Assembly (NCBI GenBank): GCA_030141605.1
Contig: JAQGDQ010000035.1
Span: 1 to 64,000 of the forward strand
Direction of reading: 5' to 3'
Source: Tubiluchus corallicola
Lineage: Eukaryota > Animalia > Priapulida
Length of the DNA stretch: 64,000 nt
Positions 1-59,875 of the stretch are shown here, in pieces (position 1 is the first letter of the stretch; every line of letters starts with the position of its first letter). The notes below the pieces were generated by a model that saw nothing but the letters and a program-made list of their open reading frames with translations, was not told the DNA's origin and made no database searches. The position numbers and the translations under genes are program-made.

Positions 1-244
1 CGAGTTTGCTGCATAAAAGGGCATGATTTGAGCACATTTCATCATTTTTCTCCTACTAGGTCTTTTCACCGAATCTTTGAATTCCTGACAGCTAATAATT
101 ACTTAATTAAATTTTAATTTTAATTAAGTTTCCGTTGCTATAGCTTTAAGTTAAATGCCAGTTGGGAATAAATAAATCGTTTTTCTTGCACACAAAATAC
201 TGTGTGGGAATTCAAAATTATACGTTTTTTAAACAGTTAAGTTC

Positions 245-306
245 CGCCATTACATACAGTCGGGCCGCCCCCCCCCCCAATTTTTTTTCGTGCACGACGC
301 CCCTGG
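245..306 (-). mobile_element. Probable terminus of a hAT-like non-autonomous DNA transposon
   Basis: Minus strand reads CAGGGGCGTCGTGCAC followed by A and G runs, the same style as the terminus at 34161. The partner end was not identified. Confidence 0.4.
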
Positions 307-1082
307 CGGCATTCTCGCTATTTTCACCCGAGAAAAAAGCCCGAAACTTACAAAAATGGCAACGATCACATGAACTTCATAGGAATAATTTATATCTCGT
401 TTCACATGAATATCAATATTAACCCTATAAACAGACATGATTTAAAACAAGAAACTTAGGAGTTATCGTATTTAATAGAAATACCAACCCATGAACAACA
501 TGTTGCATTTTGATATCCATTCAAACATATTGGAATTACCATACAATATGGATCCATAAAATGTCTTGCTTAAAAAAAGAAATTAAAATCAGGATTTCCC
601 AGGTCAGATGGCAAAAGGCTGATAGACTGACTTTGATCCCTTGGACCGAGGGTCGTTCACTTCTTTCGGATTTTACACGTGTTTATACATTGGCACCTTC
701 AAATTTAAGTGGTTCAGCTCATTACATTATTTTGTTGATTGCATGTCAGCTTAAAACATAATTGGACAGAATACTGGTGATGAGCCACGCATTGCAAAAC
801 TGGTTGCTGAAAAGCAGGCACAATCATCACATTAATTAATTACTGAAACAATCACTCACTGTTCAATAATCTGTTGATTAGTAAGTTAAAATTAATAAAT
901 GCAAACGATAACGATGTTTACTAGTACACGTGATTATGTTCTTCGTTGGGTCGTGATATGATGTAGGGTTCTGGAAATGGACCGCTGTCAAAAAAGGTTG
1001 AGAACCACTGAATGAAACAGTTAAGGACTGTTGGGAGCCGTTTGGACCACTGCGCCAAGTAGACCACTTGATGCGCTAAAAG

Positions 1083-1717
1083 TAGTGTCCTACATGGGCA
1101 GCCCAAGTAGGACACTAGCGATTTTTGTCGAGAATCGGTAATTTTGTCAAATTTGTGAAAATTCTGTGAAAGTTTCTTCATTTTATTAAAAATTGTGCTT
1201 GTTGGTTGAGTTGTCGTCAGTTTTCCGCCATGAAAACTTGTTTGACCAGGTGTTTAACTCAGCATGCAGTACGCAGGTATTGTTTTGCGATGACTTTTGT
1301 AACTCGTTCACTGAACTAGAATTTGTTTATAAGTATTGTTATGACATAATAAAACATAAAACAAAATGTCTTTTAGAAATGGATATTCCTTGGCAATTTA
1401 CAAATGCATTTCTTACAATAATTTCATCATTATGATTAACTCCATTAATATATCATAACATAAACCTAGTATCTAATGCTTTAATGAGAGAAATTCTGCA
1501 CACAGTTATTACAGAAATAATTGCAAATTTAAAAATTTAGACAGATGCTCCTAAGCCTTCACAACACCAAAAAGTAATTTTTAACATTTAAGAAAAGCAA
1601 GGATAATTAGTTTTAATATTATCAGTAGTATTGTAACGTGTAGGGCACTGTCCTACATGGCTCGCTAGCCCATGTATGACACTGTCCTAGATGGCTCGCT
1701 AGCCCATGTAGGACACA
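1083..1717. repeat. Dispersed palindromic motif (TGTCCTACATGG...CCCATGTAGGACA), probably transposon subterminal repeats
   Basis: Hairpin TAGTGTCCTACATGGGC-A-GCCCAAGTAGGACACTA at 1083-1117; two tandem units of about 34 bp of the same motif at about 1646-1717. Confidence 0.6.
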
Positions 1718-2349
1718 TAGATTGCTAGAACGTTTACTTATAAGAAAACAATTATTTGCCCAAGTGGTAGTGAAACGGATCACCTGTTTGTGAAGTGAGA
1801 CTCAATAAAAAATGATATACCTTAAACAAATGTTGAATTCGCAAAAAAGTGGGTTTTTTTCACTTCAACATTAATATCGAAACCAAATTTAATATTGTCC
1901 GTTCTACCAGCTCAGAATAAAGTTCTTTTATTTTATTAGATGTATAATAAATTATTCAACGTGTACTAACGTTTTTAATTATTATTATTATTATTTTGCC
2001 ATTTTTGAAATCTGCTTGTTCTTTAATTTACATTGTAATAATACTTGTAATATGGTACTTACTGCAATATAATTGTACAGCTCATTATTTATTATTTCAA
2101 TTTCAAACATTCTGTAAGATCAATGTTAAATGTACAATAATCTATGTTGTGTTGTAATTTGACAAAATAACTCACCAGTTGTGGATTCCCTTAAAAAAAT
2201 TATGATTGAATACTAGATATACCCTAGAAGTTTACGAAAAACTGATGGCTTAGTGGGATTGGTAAGGAAGACGGAGTATGAGCTAATTCTTTCATGCTAA
2301 AATCGAACCAAAGTTTCTATGACTCAAAACGTAATAACAAAATGTCAAA

Positions 2350-2480
2350 ATGTATCAAACGGCACACGCTGCGACCTGCAGGCAGACACTACGCAGCGTC
2401 GTTAGAAACTTCGTTATCTTACCCAGAATACCGTTCTATTTAACCAAGTGACCGTCGCTTTCGTGTGACACAAAAAAGAT
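2350..2480. promoter_or_regulatory. Candidate SMG1 promoter region
   Basis: Local CpG enrichment in AT-rich DNA about 1.6 kb upstream of the ATG; TACCCAGAATACCG (2420-2433) resembles a ZNF143/Staf site; downstream candidate donor CAG|GTAAAG at 2965 and acceptor TTGCAG at 3997. Confidence 0.35.
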
Positions 2481-4085
2481 TACTCTTGGAAAGATTATCG
2501 TTAGAATATGTACAAAAGCTCTGCGTTTTTTCCTGTTTATATAAGTTACAATAATTTTATTTCGAAATGATTCTGAGATAAATTTGTAAACTGTTTAAAA
2601 TATTTGCTTCTGCAATGGCACCATAGTAAGTCTATACCCATATTCAAATTCTCTGTGTCTAGTAAAGGGGCTGCAGTACATGCCCATCAGAAGTTTTACT
2701 TTTTAAGTAAGGTTTCACTATTAGGGTAATAATTTCAAATATGCCTCAGTTAGTTTTCGTTTCCCCTTTTTTTAGTAGTTGCAGTGGTTTCGCATTGGTT
2801 GCAATGGATGTACATGCATTTTGTCCTTGATAATGTTAATAATTTAGCTTTTTTATGCTGCATTGCTAATTTTCAACAATGAAATTATCCGGACGATCGA
2901 TAGTTTGTGAAACGATTGTTTAGTATACGGAAACAAGGAGTTCAAAAAGACAACAGCAAAAGCAGGTAAAGAGTGAAAAATGCCATGTAACTGATAGAGA
3001 TCAAATGGCGGCAATAGCGCCAATGCTAATCAGTGTTGCCGTGGGCAACCACGTTCTAACAAAACAAAGATGGATGAACTGCAAAAAGACCTAGATGTAG
3101 TGGAACAATACAGAAGCCATTAATGCATTTTTCTTTATTAATTATTATCACTTATTATTTATTAAGAACATTTAATAAAATATACGTTATTTTATAAAAG
3201 ATGAGACTGGCAAGCTGTGTTAACTTTTTGGCCAGCCTATTAATCTAATCTTAGTCTTAATCTTAATCTATCTGTGAAGTGGCAGAATTAAAATACATCA
3301 GTTTACATTGGATAAAATTCACATTACTTACATTAAAAATACGATAAGGACGTAGTATTTTCTGCTTAACTGACAATAACATTAAAGTAATAGTGGTGGA
3401 ATTTAGATAATCTTTGCGACAAATTTTAGGCATTCCGTACAACTCCCATTCCAATATGACTCGTTGCATAGCCGAAACTGTACATTATTAATGTTTTTTG
3501 TAAAAGGATATAAAAGATGAACAAATGTGTTCAATCAAACTAATAATGAAATTCTCTTGTCACTGAACACTCTGAGCACTGTATAACAGCACTGAGTGAA
3601 AATAGAATTTTTTGTGAAAGTAACGAACTTAATTTAAATTGTACTGCAGAAGAAAAGCTAAATTATGAAATGTACTTGTCCTGTCAATATGAATTAATTA
3701 TTGTATGTTTTATTCGAAATGAATTGAATGAGATGCTTTTATATTTACTAACTAACTAATTCAGAAGTGTATATATTGTATTACTTTCTCTGTATATATC
3801 ACTATTGTTACTAATATCTATATCCATCTATGTATTGTCTATTGCATTATTTTGCAAAATAAATGATATGTATGTCGTAACTGTGGTCATTCCATATACT
3901 ACAAATTCTGTTTGAAAAAACATATTTTTACAAGTTCAGCTTAGAAGAATTGATAAAAAGTTTATAGTTATGTCCTAATGTCTTGACACCATTGCAGGTT
4001 TCTTATTCTACATTCATGGCAGTTCCACTAGTTTTGGCAAGAACACCACATTCATGGAAACTGCAATTGCTTTTGAGCAAAAGTT

Positions 4086-52504
<48,419 letters not shown>

Positions 52505-55067
52505 TAGTTATCCAGCAGTTTTTTTCATATTTTTTTATCCAGGTTCAATTATCGTTTGGACTATATTGTGGTAGTTAAGTTTAGGTGATGATGGACATTT
52601 AAATGTCACGTAATATGGCTTAAACTAGATTTTGTGATTGTGTGTGACAGCTGAAATGGAAATTACCCGAATTGTTGTTATATGCATATTGTTGAAGCTT
52701 ATTTAGAAATACATTTATATACTTCTGAACATGGTTTATAGCATTTATTATGAGTATCATTATAATTGCTTTCTCTGCTGTTTAGGAGCTGGATATAGTC
52801 TTTCTTTGCAGTTACTTTAGTTATGTGTGCTTGTAGGAATCATTATGTTTTATAGCCTTAATTTCTGTTGTTTAGCTTTGTTTCCACTTTTGCTATAATA
52901 ATGGATTTTTTTTCTAATGTATGACTGCCTTGCATGTGCTTAATATTATGCACCCACAAGTGTTGCACAACAGAAGCTAAGTTTACACGTCTGTCCAGTG
53001 TAATGGCGATCTTTACGGCTTACTGATCCAGTCAGCTGAATCCATGGCAACATAAAGTCGGTTTTTGTAATTATGTCTTGCAACTTTTTCACATAAACAC
53101 TGTTAATAAACGTACTTTCTTTTCTCTGCATCTGTCTGCTATTCCACATATTGATATCTGAAGAATTTGACCATTTGTCTCCACATCTGCTGGTCCTACT
53201 TTTGTCTGGGCTCTTGTTTGCTATTACTGCCTTCGAATCAGTATGAAATTTATTGTGCGATAAATTTTCATCTCGGTTCATTATTACTGTGAATCAACTG
53301 TGGTCCAAAGTAACTTTGTCAGTGCTATACTTTCTTGTGCAAGTTCCACTGGCTAAGAATTAACTTCCATTCTAACTCCATTGTGTAACTTGTGAATCTA
53401 TTTTTCCTACTACCGTGCACAATAGAAAATTTGTCTTGGATTGCGATCAGAATGGAGAATGAAAAATCAGTAAACTGCATCCCCCAATTCTCTTTCTAAA
53501 ATTATAGATTATTTAACGCATCAGACTAAATCTGTTTGGTATTTATTGTAAGTAAATTTTTATAAGTCGCGTAAAATGTTTCATTTCTCCGATTCCCATT
53601 TACACAACATTTTTGCATTGAGTGTTTATAAAAGCTTGGATCCATTAGTTATGCATTATAGCTGCTTTTTGTTACGATATCGTTTTATTAAGTGGAAATG
53701 CAAAAGGTAATAGTTGAAATGTTATGGATGAAATCGTTATGAAAGTTTTTAAAACATGGAGCTTTTCCAAAATGCTGTAAACTTGTTTTCTATTACATTG
53801 TTGAGATTACTATGTGGTAATAATTGGGATTCCAAAATCACTGCTGTGAAGTATGTTTGTCTAGTTACCCACATGAAAGAAGTTATATTTTCATCGCTAG
53901 TAGTTGGTTACTTAGTTTGTTTACTTTTTAACATGATTATGCAAGAACTACTTCACCAATATCCACGAAATTTTCTGGCGGACAGATGGGACAAGGAAGG
54001 CCGCTTTCAATTTTAGTGGTGATTGATTGAGAATTGAAAAAGAAAATCAAATTTTTATTGATTAACTGTAGCCTCAATATGGGAAAATTTTGTTTGCTGT
54101 CACAATACAGCAGTGTGGGAAAACTGCATAATGCAAGTTACGTTTTATAAGTCAGATGACGTCAAAACAACTGATGATATCTTAAGCTAAGTGGCTGTGT
54201 AGTTTACTAAATTTCTGTAAATCACAGGAAGACCTGTACTGAGTTAACCATATGATTAGAAACTCTACAACTTTTATTAGTGAATAATTAATTAATTGGA
54301 GTATTGATAGATTGAGAATTCAATTTTGCTGTGTTATGCTAGTCTGTAGTGCAGGTTGATTTATTCTCAAGGTCCTGGGTTCACGTAGTAGCTATAGTGC
54401 CACAATCTTTGGTCCTTTCTTTCTTCCTTCAGCTGCTTAGTCGTCAAATTAATTGTAGTTGTACATATATTGTATGCATCTATTAATTTCACTTGTCTAT
54501 TAATGTTTGCATTCTTCATTTATAAACCAATTTGCTCAACAAAACTCCGCAAATCCATTTGCAATATTTTGAAACTATTATTCTAACATTATTGAAGACA
54601 TGGCAACGAATAAATGTGCAGATAAAGATTTGACATAATCAAACTAGAGGTCGAAAGCAAATCCGTGTAAAACAGTGATTTTTGATTGTGTTTGTCACAC
54701 ACATTCTCTTGTAATTTATTGAATTTCCTGATGCATGTAAATATTGAACTAAGCCCGATGCTTTCATGTGGCTTTAGATCACTGTTTAAATATGTTTTGC
54801 AGAATAGATGACATGCAGCTTATTGAATTTTTACATTGTTTGAAATAATAATGTAGAACAATTGCTTATAGATCTAGTTTTTTCCATTGGACTTCTTGTC
54901 TGTGGTATTCTCTGCTGGAAAACTCCAGCTTTACTCGTTTAAAGAAGAATATCAACAGATACATTCTGTCACTGGCAAATTAGATACATAATTTAGAATT
55001 TATTCTCTGAACATTTATTCATAAAAATTTCATATGCTCATCTTTTTACTGCAGGGCTTTACCTTGT

Positions 55068-55340
55068 AAAGAAGTCAAAGTGCCCATTAAGTCTCAAATT
55101 TTTTATTTTTCACAGAAGCTTTTGCCCTTCGCGGACTTCATCGGCTGAATTTAAGTTGTATGGCCATAGAAGTTGATATCAGATCTTTCAAGATCCAGGC
55201 CATACAACTTGATTTAGTCTGACGAAATCCGTGAAGGATGAAAGCTTCTGTGAAAAATAAAAAAATTGAGACTTACTGGGCACTTTGTCTTCTTTGTGAC
55301 TCACAGAAGTCACAGAAGAGCACTATCTTATTTTCAAACT
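55068..55340. mobile_element. Inverted pair of Penelope-like terminal repeats forming a 228-bp palindrome, with a candidate hammerhead core
   Basis: Arms of about 100 bp (55068-55166 and about 55197-55295); right arm TCTGACGAAATCCGTGAAGGATGAAAGCTTCTGTGAAAAATAAA. Confidence 0.6.
55213..55252 (+). ncRNA. Candidate minimal hammerhead ribozyme (Penelope-associated type)
   Basis: CUGACGA-A, stem II AUCC/GGAU with a GUGAA loop, GAAA, palindromic AAGCUU at helix III; helix I is short. Confidence 0.4.
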
Positions 55341-56113
55341 TTGCAGTAGCCTTTGGTCTTGTTGGGCGATTTGTATGTTTTTACGACAAATCATTTTTAT
55401 CATTTTAACCCTCTCAAATAAATCATTTGGAACGCTTGGCTAGCATTAGTATTAAATAGTAATACTTTGACACGTTTCGTTCTGTTCAAGGAAGGAACTT
55501 CACTTTTGAACCAGGTACATTTCAGCATCTTTACTCTTTTCAGAGATTGTATTTTGAGAATTTTCATCTTTTTCCATTTTTAGTAAAAGTCCTTTTAATT
55601 CTTTTTACTTTGTGAAAGTGTAAATATACACATTGTTCAAGTTTTATTAAAAAGAAGAAGCTTTTCTCTTAAAGTAAAAATAGACATTACCTTTGTACTT
55701 AAAACAAATGTATAAACTGTTGCTACTATTACAAATTTGTGGCATTAAAACTAGGAGTTTGTTGTGGTTTACTAAAGCAAGTTTTGATAAGTCAGTAAAT
55801 TATTTTCTATTTTCATAATTAAACTTAAAGCAGTTGTTGCAGTAAGACAAGGCTAATTATTTTTCATTAAGGTCTAACTTGCATTACTCACATGTTTGGC
55901 TTTGCTAATAATTACTTAGCTGTGGGATTTTTAATTGTGTATTGGCAGGACATGTCATCCTAGCACAGTTATGTTTTTGCACACCTTAACATAACGACTA
56001 GTATCTGTTCTCGAATTTCCATTTGTGTCACTCACTGGGCCCCAAAAAATCAATTTAGTAATCGGGTTTGGTTTTCCTTAGAGCCAGTTTTAAGCAAATT
56101 ACACAGCATTGTT

Positions 56114-56659
56114 CAAGCTGGTGCCAAGATGGGGGGGGGGGCACACACTCGCTCGAGCACAGGACTCTATGATGAATTAATGAGCGCCCAGTATGCACAA
56201 AGTTTTTTTGATATCGTGAAGGCAATGAAACTATTTAGTCTGTCCTGGAAGATTTTCAAAAGTAACACTGATTAAAAGACACCTACGGTCAACAATTTCA
56301 CAAGTGAGACTAAATGATTTGGCGATGCTTTCTATAAAAAATGACATTACAAAAGCCATTGACTTTGAAATGATTTTGAAAGATTTCTTGGCTAGAAAAG
56401 CTAGAAGTCTGTTTTTAAAAGATTTGTGAACAAATAGTATATCATTAATTATCCTGACTTGTAATAAAATATAAAAACTTTCGTATGAGGCTTTCGATTT
56501 TAGTATGTCATTGTGGCTAATGGTGGAGCCTCAATCCCTCAACTATTTTTGGCTGGAACTGGTGTGCGAAGCATAAAACATCAATCTTCAGCCTTTGTAG
56601 GGTTGAGGGCCCCTCTAACAATTTTTTAATTGATCCTTGCACTTCCTAGTGCCAGCCTT
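56114..56659 (+). mobile_element. Internally deleted hAT transposon retaining the C-terminal dimerisation domain
   Basis: 56250-56429 encodes RFSKVTLIKRHLRSTISQVRLNDLAMLSIKNDITKAIDFEMILKDFLARKAR; imperfect TIRs CAAGCTGGTGCCAAG / CTAGTGCCAGCCTT. Confidence 0.75.
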
Positions 56660-56869
56660 AGTTTTTCTAAAGGGATAGCAGGGAAGCACAGTTTCCTGTT
56701 GGATACCCTGTTGCAATACATTACAAATATGGCTTAAAAGCTCGTGTACATTTAGCGTTACCTATGTCAGAAAGCTAGTTATGGTGTTTTCAATGTCAAT
56801 TGTTATTGACAAGAATGTTTGTTGTCTTAATTATATAACTTGATATGTTTTATACAATTATTTTTATAT

Positions 56870-57365
56870 ATTTTCCCACTTATGAAGTGTGCTTCCTAGC
56901 AACATAAAGGAAGTAAAAACGCTTTCTTAATTACAGACAAGGCTGTAAATTGCTATATGATTAATGAGTTTGTGTTTACTTATGTCTAGTATGGCAGTTA
57001 GTTATTATTTTAACGTTTTTTACTTTAATAATTCGATTGGTTTTCTTACAATTTTTTCTTCTCTTAATCAACTTATTTTCATGTGCGTTTTATATCTGAT
57101 TTTTTGTGTTTTAAATCTGATTGTTGTACATTGTATCTTGCACCAATGATCATTTATATTCAGTGATTCTCCTGTTCACTTTTCTAATATGGGCCAGTAG
57201 GCAGCTTGCTGTTTGGGAATTTAGTTCCCTGCTGCTGGCCTTAACACTTTAATGAAATATTGTTCATATGCTTTTTTATGTTCTTTATGTGTTTTTTGCT
57301 TTTTCTTTATTGTAATTTTGTGCCTAAATAAATAAATAATATAATATAATAATATAATAAAGTAA
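56870..57365 (+). mobile_element. Degenerate CR1/L2-like LINE 3' end
   Basis: HL*SVLPSNIKEVKTLS resembles the LWNxLPxxIK motif; T-rich 3' UTR, hairpin at 57192-57240, then AATAAA and an (AAT)n tail. Confidence 0.4.
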
Positions 57366-58798
57366 TAAATTACATATATGTTGTTACAATGACGCTACCT
57401 AGAGTACTTTAGCCACTTCATGGAGGCTTTTACGCACAAATAAAAGCTCTACCTGCTGTGCAAAATAGCCTTATAACAGCTGAACGTGCAGAGAGAGACT
57501 AGCACCTTTTTTGTCAATAGCAGGGTAAGCTTGCTATTGCTACTACTGCCACTGCTCTCTGAACTCAGCTTAACCTGATATTCAGCTAAATGTTGATCTT
57601 TTTCTATAAAACTACCTCACAAGAAAGGAGCTCTCTTTGTTGGTTTTTGTTAATGCAGGTCATATTAAGGCTTAATACTGAAGAATTGTTTTTTAATGCT
57701 ATTGTGATATTGCATTTATATTTTATGTACCGGGTTTTTCAAAAGTCCTTTTTATTTGATGTATGTAGAATTTCTCGTAATTACAGTGGAAGGACTGTTT
57801 ATCTCAAAAGTTATACTATAACTACTGGAGATTTACTACTACTACTACTGTTAATTAAAATAATTATATGTCTACTTTTGTATAATGAAAAGAGTTGCAG
57901 TACTGTTATGTGCTTTGAACAAAGGAGCATTAGAAGTTAAATACTGTGAACATTGTCAATACTGATGGCAATAGTGCATGTGTTTTTCTCAAAGCTAACA
58001 GCAAATGTCACTTTTCAGTGTCTAGACTCTAGACCCTTCACTGTTGTTATGTGCTTTCATTTGTCCGATATTCACTCTCAAAACCCCAGTGAGCTTAATT
58101 GCTAGATAAATAACGTGAATAATGATGCCTGGCAGTTACATAATTTAGCGCTTTCGTACCCCCGTTCTAAGCATTCTAAGTAAAATAGTATTTTCAGATT
58201 TCAATAAGATGATATTGAACAACATTAGTAACATGTTGCCATTACCAGTTAAATAGGAACACGTAGTTTGTGTGATGTCATGCTAGTGCTTTTGTTAAAG
58301 TTTATTGATAATTGAAATAATCACATTTGAGAGTGAATAAAAACCACAAATAAAATGGTCATCAGGTAAAACTTGGAAGAACACGTTTCGGTCGCAGTAC
58401 TCAACCCGTAACCGTCCAAGCACAGTCAACCGAAAAATGCTAAATTAAATCCCGCACTTAATCAGCCAACTAAGTGAGTGGAAAGCATTACATATTTGTT
58501 AATGATACGAATATTGAAACGCTTTGCCTTTGTGCATACTTGTATTATTTGCCAATGGGTGCAGCTGTGTCAATAGAATGGAAGACACCGGTGATGAAAT
58601 CGTTCAGTGGTGAATGCAACTTCATAACTGCAAATAAAGTGGATTGAAATGAAAGTTACGTTGCATATTGACATTTCTTTCAATTTTGAAGGAGTTATCA
58701 AGTTTAATGCACTTCAAGTATTTCTCGTCTTATATGAATTTCAGCAATACTGTGTGATCCTGAGTTATCATCCTGTTTAGAATGGTTTTCATTGTACT

Positions 58799-59875
58799 TT
58801 ATTTATTGGTATTCGTCTGTGTAGCATTTGTCTGGATTCCAGGATATGCAGTTTGGCTGTATTCCATCATTTCTCTTGTTAGCACATTTTCTTTTACCCT
58901 GCACAACATTATGTGAAACGCATAACGAAAGTTCCTGTATTTCCAAGCATAAATCATTGGATTCAGACTCGAATTTAGCGTTCCCAAGAAGAGAAATACA
59001 TTGTACACAAGTCTGGTGATTACATTTTCTTGATCGCCGAAAATGATGTTATACATAACAATGTTGAAATACGGCGCCCAGCAGACGATGAAAATTCCCA
59101 TTATGAGCGCTAACAGTTTCGCCGATTTTGTTTCTTTTCTCATCTTGGCCGTGTTTGCAGTTGTGAGATTCTGAGCGTCAATGCGCTTCTTCTGCCTGTA
59201 AGCCTCTAGGAATATTCTGCTGTACAATACTAGCATGATAATAACAAAGAGCATGTATTGAAGACAAAATAGTGCTAATAAGTACACTGGTGGATATATC
59301 TTGTAGATATAACAGGGAGTACCAGGACTAAAATTGTTCCATCCGTACGTTATACCAACTAAACAGAAACTGTATAACCACAGTAAAACAACTATTCTTA
59401 TTGCATTTCTCTTTGTCATTAAATTGACATATTGAAATGGATATATTATAGCCACATAGCGGTCGACTGAAATCATGAACAGATTCAAGATGGATGCTGC
59501 CATTGCAATCTGCATGAACGAAAAGTGTGCCAAGCACATGAGTTCCTCATGTCTGAGTATCTCACTGTGACCGACGTAGTATCCGTGAAATGGTAGCACA
59601 AGTCCCACTAGTAGATCTGCAGTAGCAAGGCTCACCACAAACATGTTTGTAACAGTCTGCAACCGTCGAAACCTTAACACTGACAAAATAGTCAACATAT
59701 TCCCAAATATTATCGGCACAGTAAGTACAAATTCTAACACCATGAAGATATGTCTATGAACATCCACATCAACATAACTTTCTGACAAGTTCTTGTCTCC
59801 TGATGAATTAATCAAGACATCAGTAAAATTAACCTCCTGGCAGTGCTTACAAATGTATGATTTCTGATTTTCCAT
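58799..59875 (-). CDS. Rhodopsin-family (class A) GPCR, 358 aa, intronless CDS; adenosine-receptor-like/MECA-like orphan, nested antisense in an SMG1 intron
   Basis: Seven hydrophobic segments with canonical motifs: GN (TM1), LATAD (TM2), C3.25 and SVDRY (TM3), W4.50 and GWN, an ECL2 Cys, CWAPY (TM6), NSSLNPMIY (TM7), FR in helix 8. N-terminal sequons NFT, NSS, NLS. Good start context (GAGATGG). Confidence 0.95.
   Translation of the reverse strand: MENQKSYICKHCQEVNFTDVLINSSGDKNLSESYVDVDVHRHIFMVLEFVLTVPIIFGNMLTILSVLRFRRLQTVTNMFVVSLATADLLVGLVLPFHGYYVGHSEILRHEELMCLAHFSFMQIAMAASILNLFMISVDRYVAIIYPFQYVNLMTKRNAIRIVVLLWLYSFCLVGITYGWNNFSPGTPCYIYKIYPPVYLLALFCLQYMLFVIIMLVLYSRIFLEAYRQKKRIDAQNLTTANTAKMRKETKSAKLLALIMGIFIVCWAPYFNIVMYNIIFGDQENVITRLVYNVFLFLGTLNSSLNPMIYAWKYRNFRYAFHIMLCRVKENVLTREMMEYSQTAYPGIQTNATQTNTNK

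Noticed and set aside
162-1435. Short ORFs of 60-90 aa at the window start (and similar intronic ORFs elsewhere)
   Set aside because: No recognisable domains or consistent splice structure; they overlap repeats and are of a length expected by chance.
2879-2923. ATG at 2879 as the SMG1 start
   Set aside because: It reaches TAG after 14 codons; at most another uORF in an unconfirmed leader exon.
3120-3560. Possible minus-strand LINE remnant or 68-aa ORF
   Set aside because: No recognisable motif in any frame; too weak to call.
58345-58400. Minus-strand CCGAAACGT and CCTGATGA as a hammerhead
   Set aside because: The flanks cannot form stem II in the required topology.
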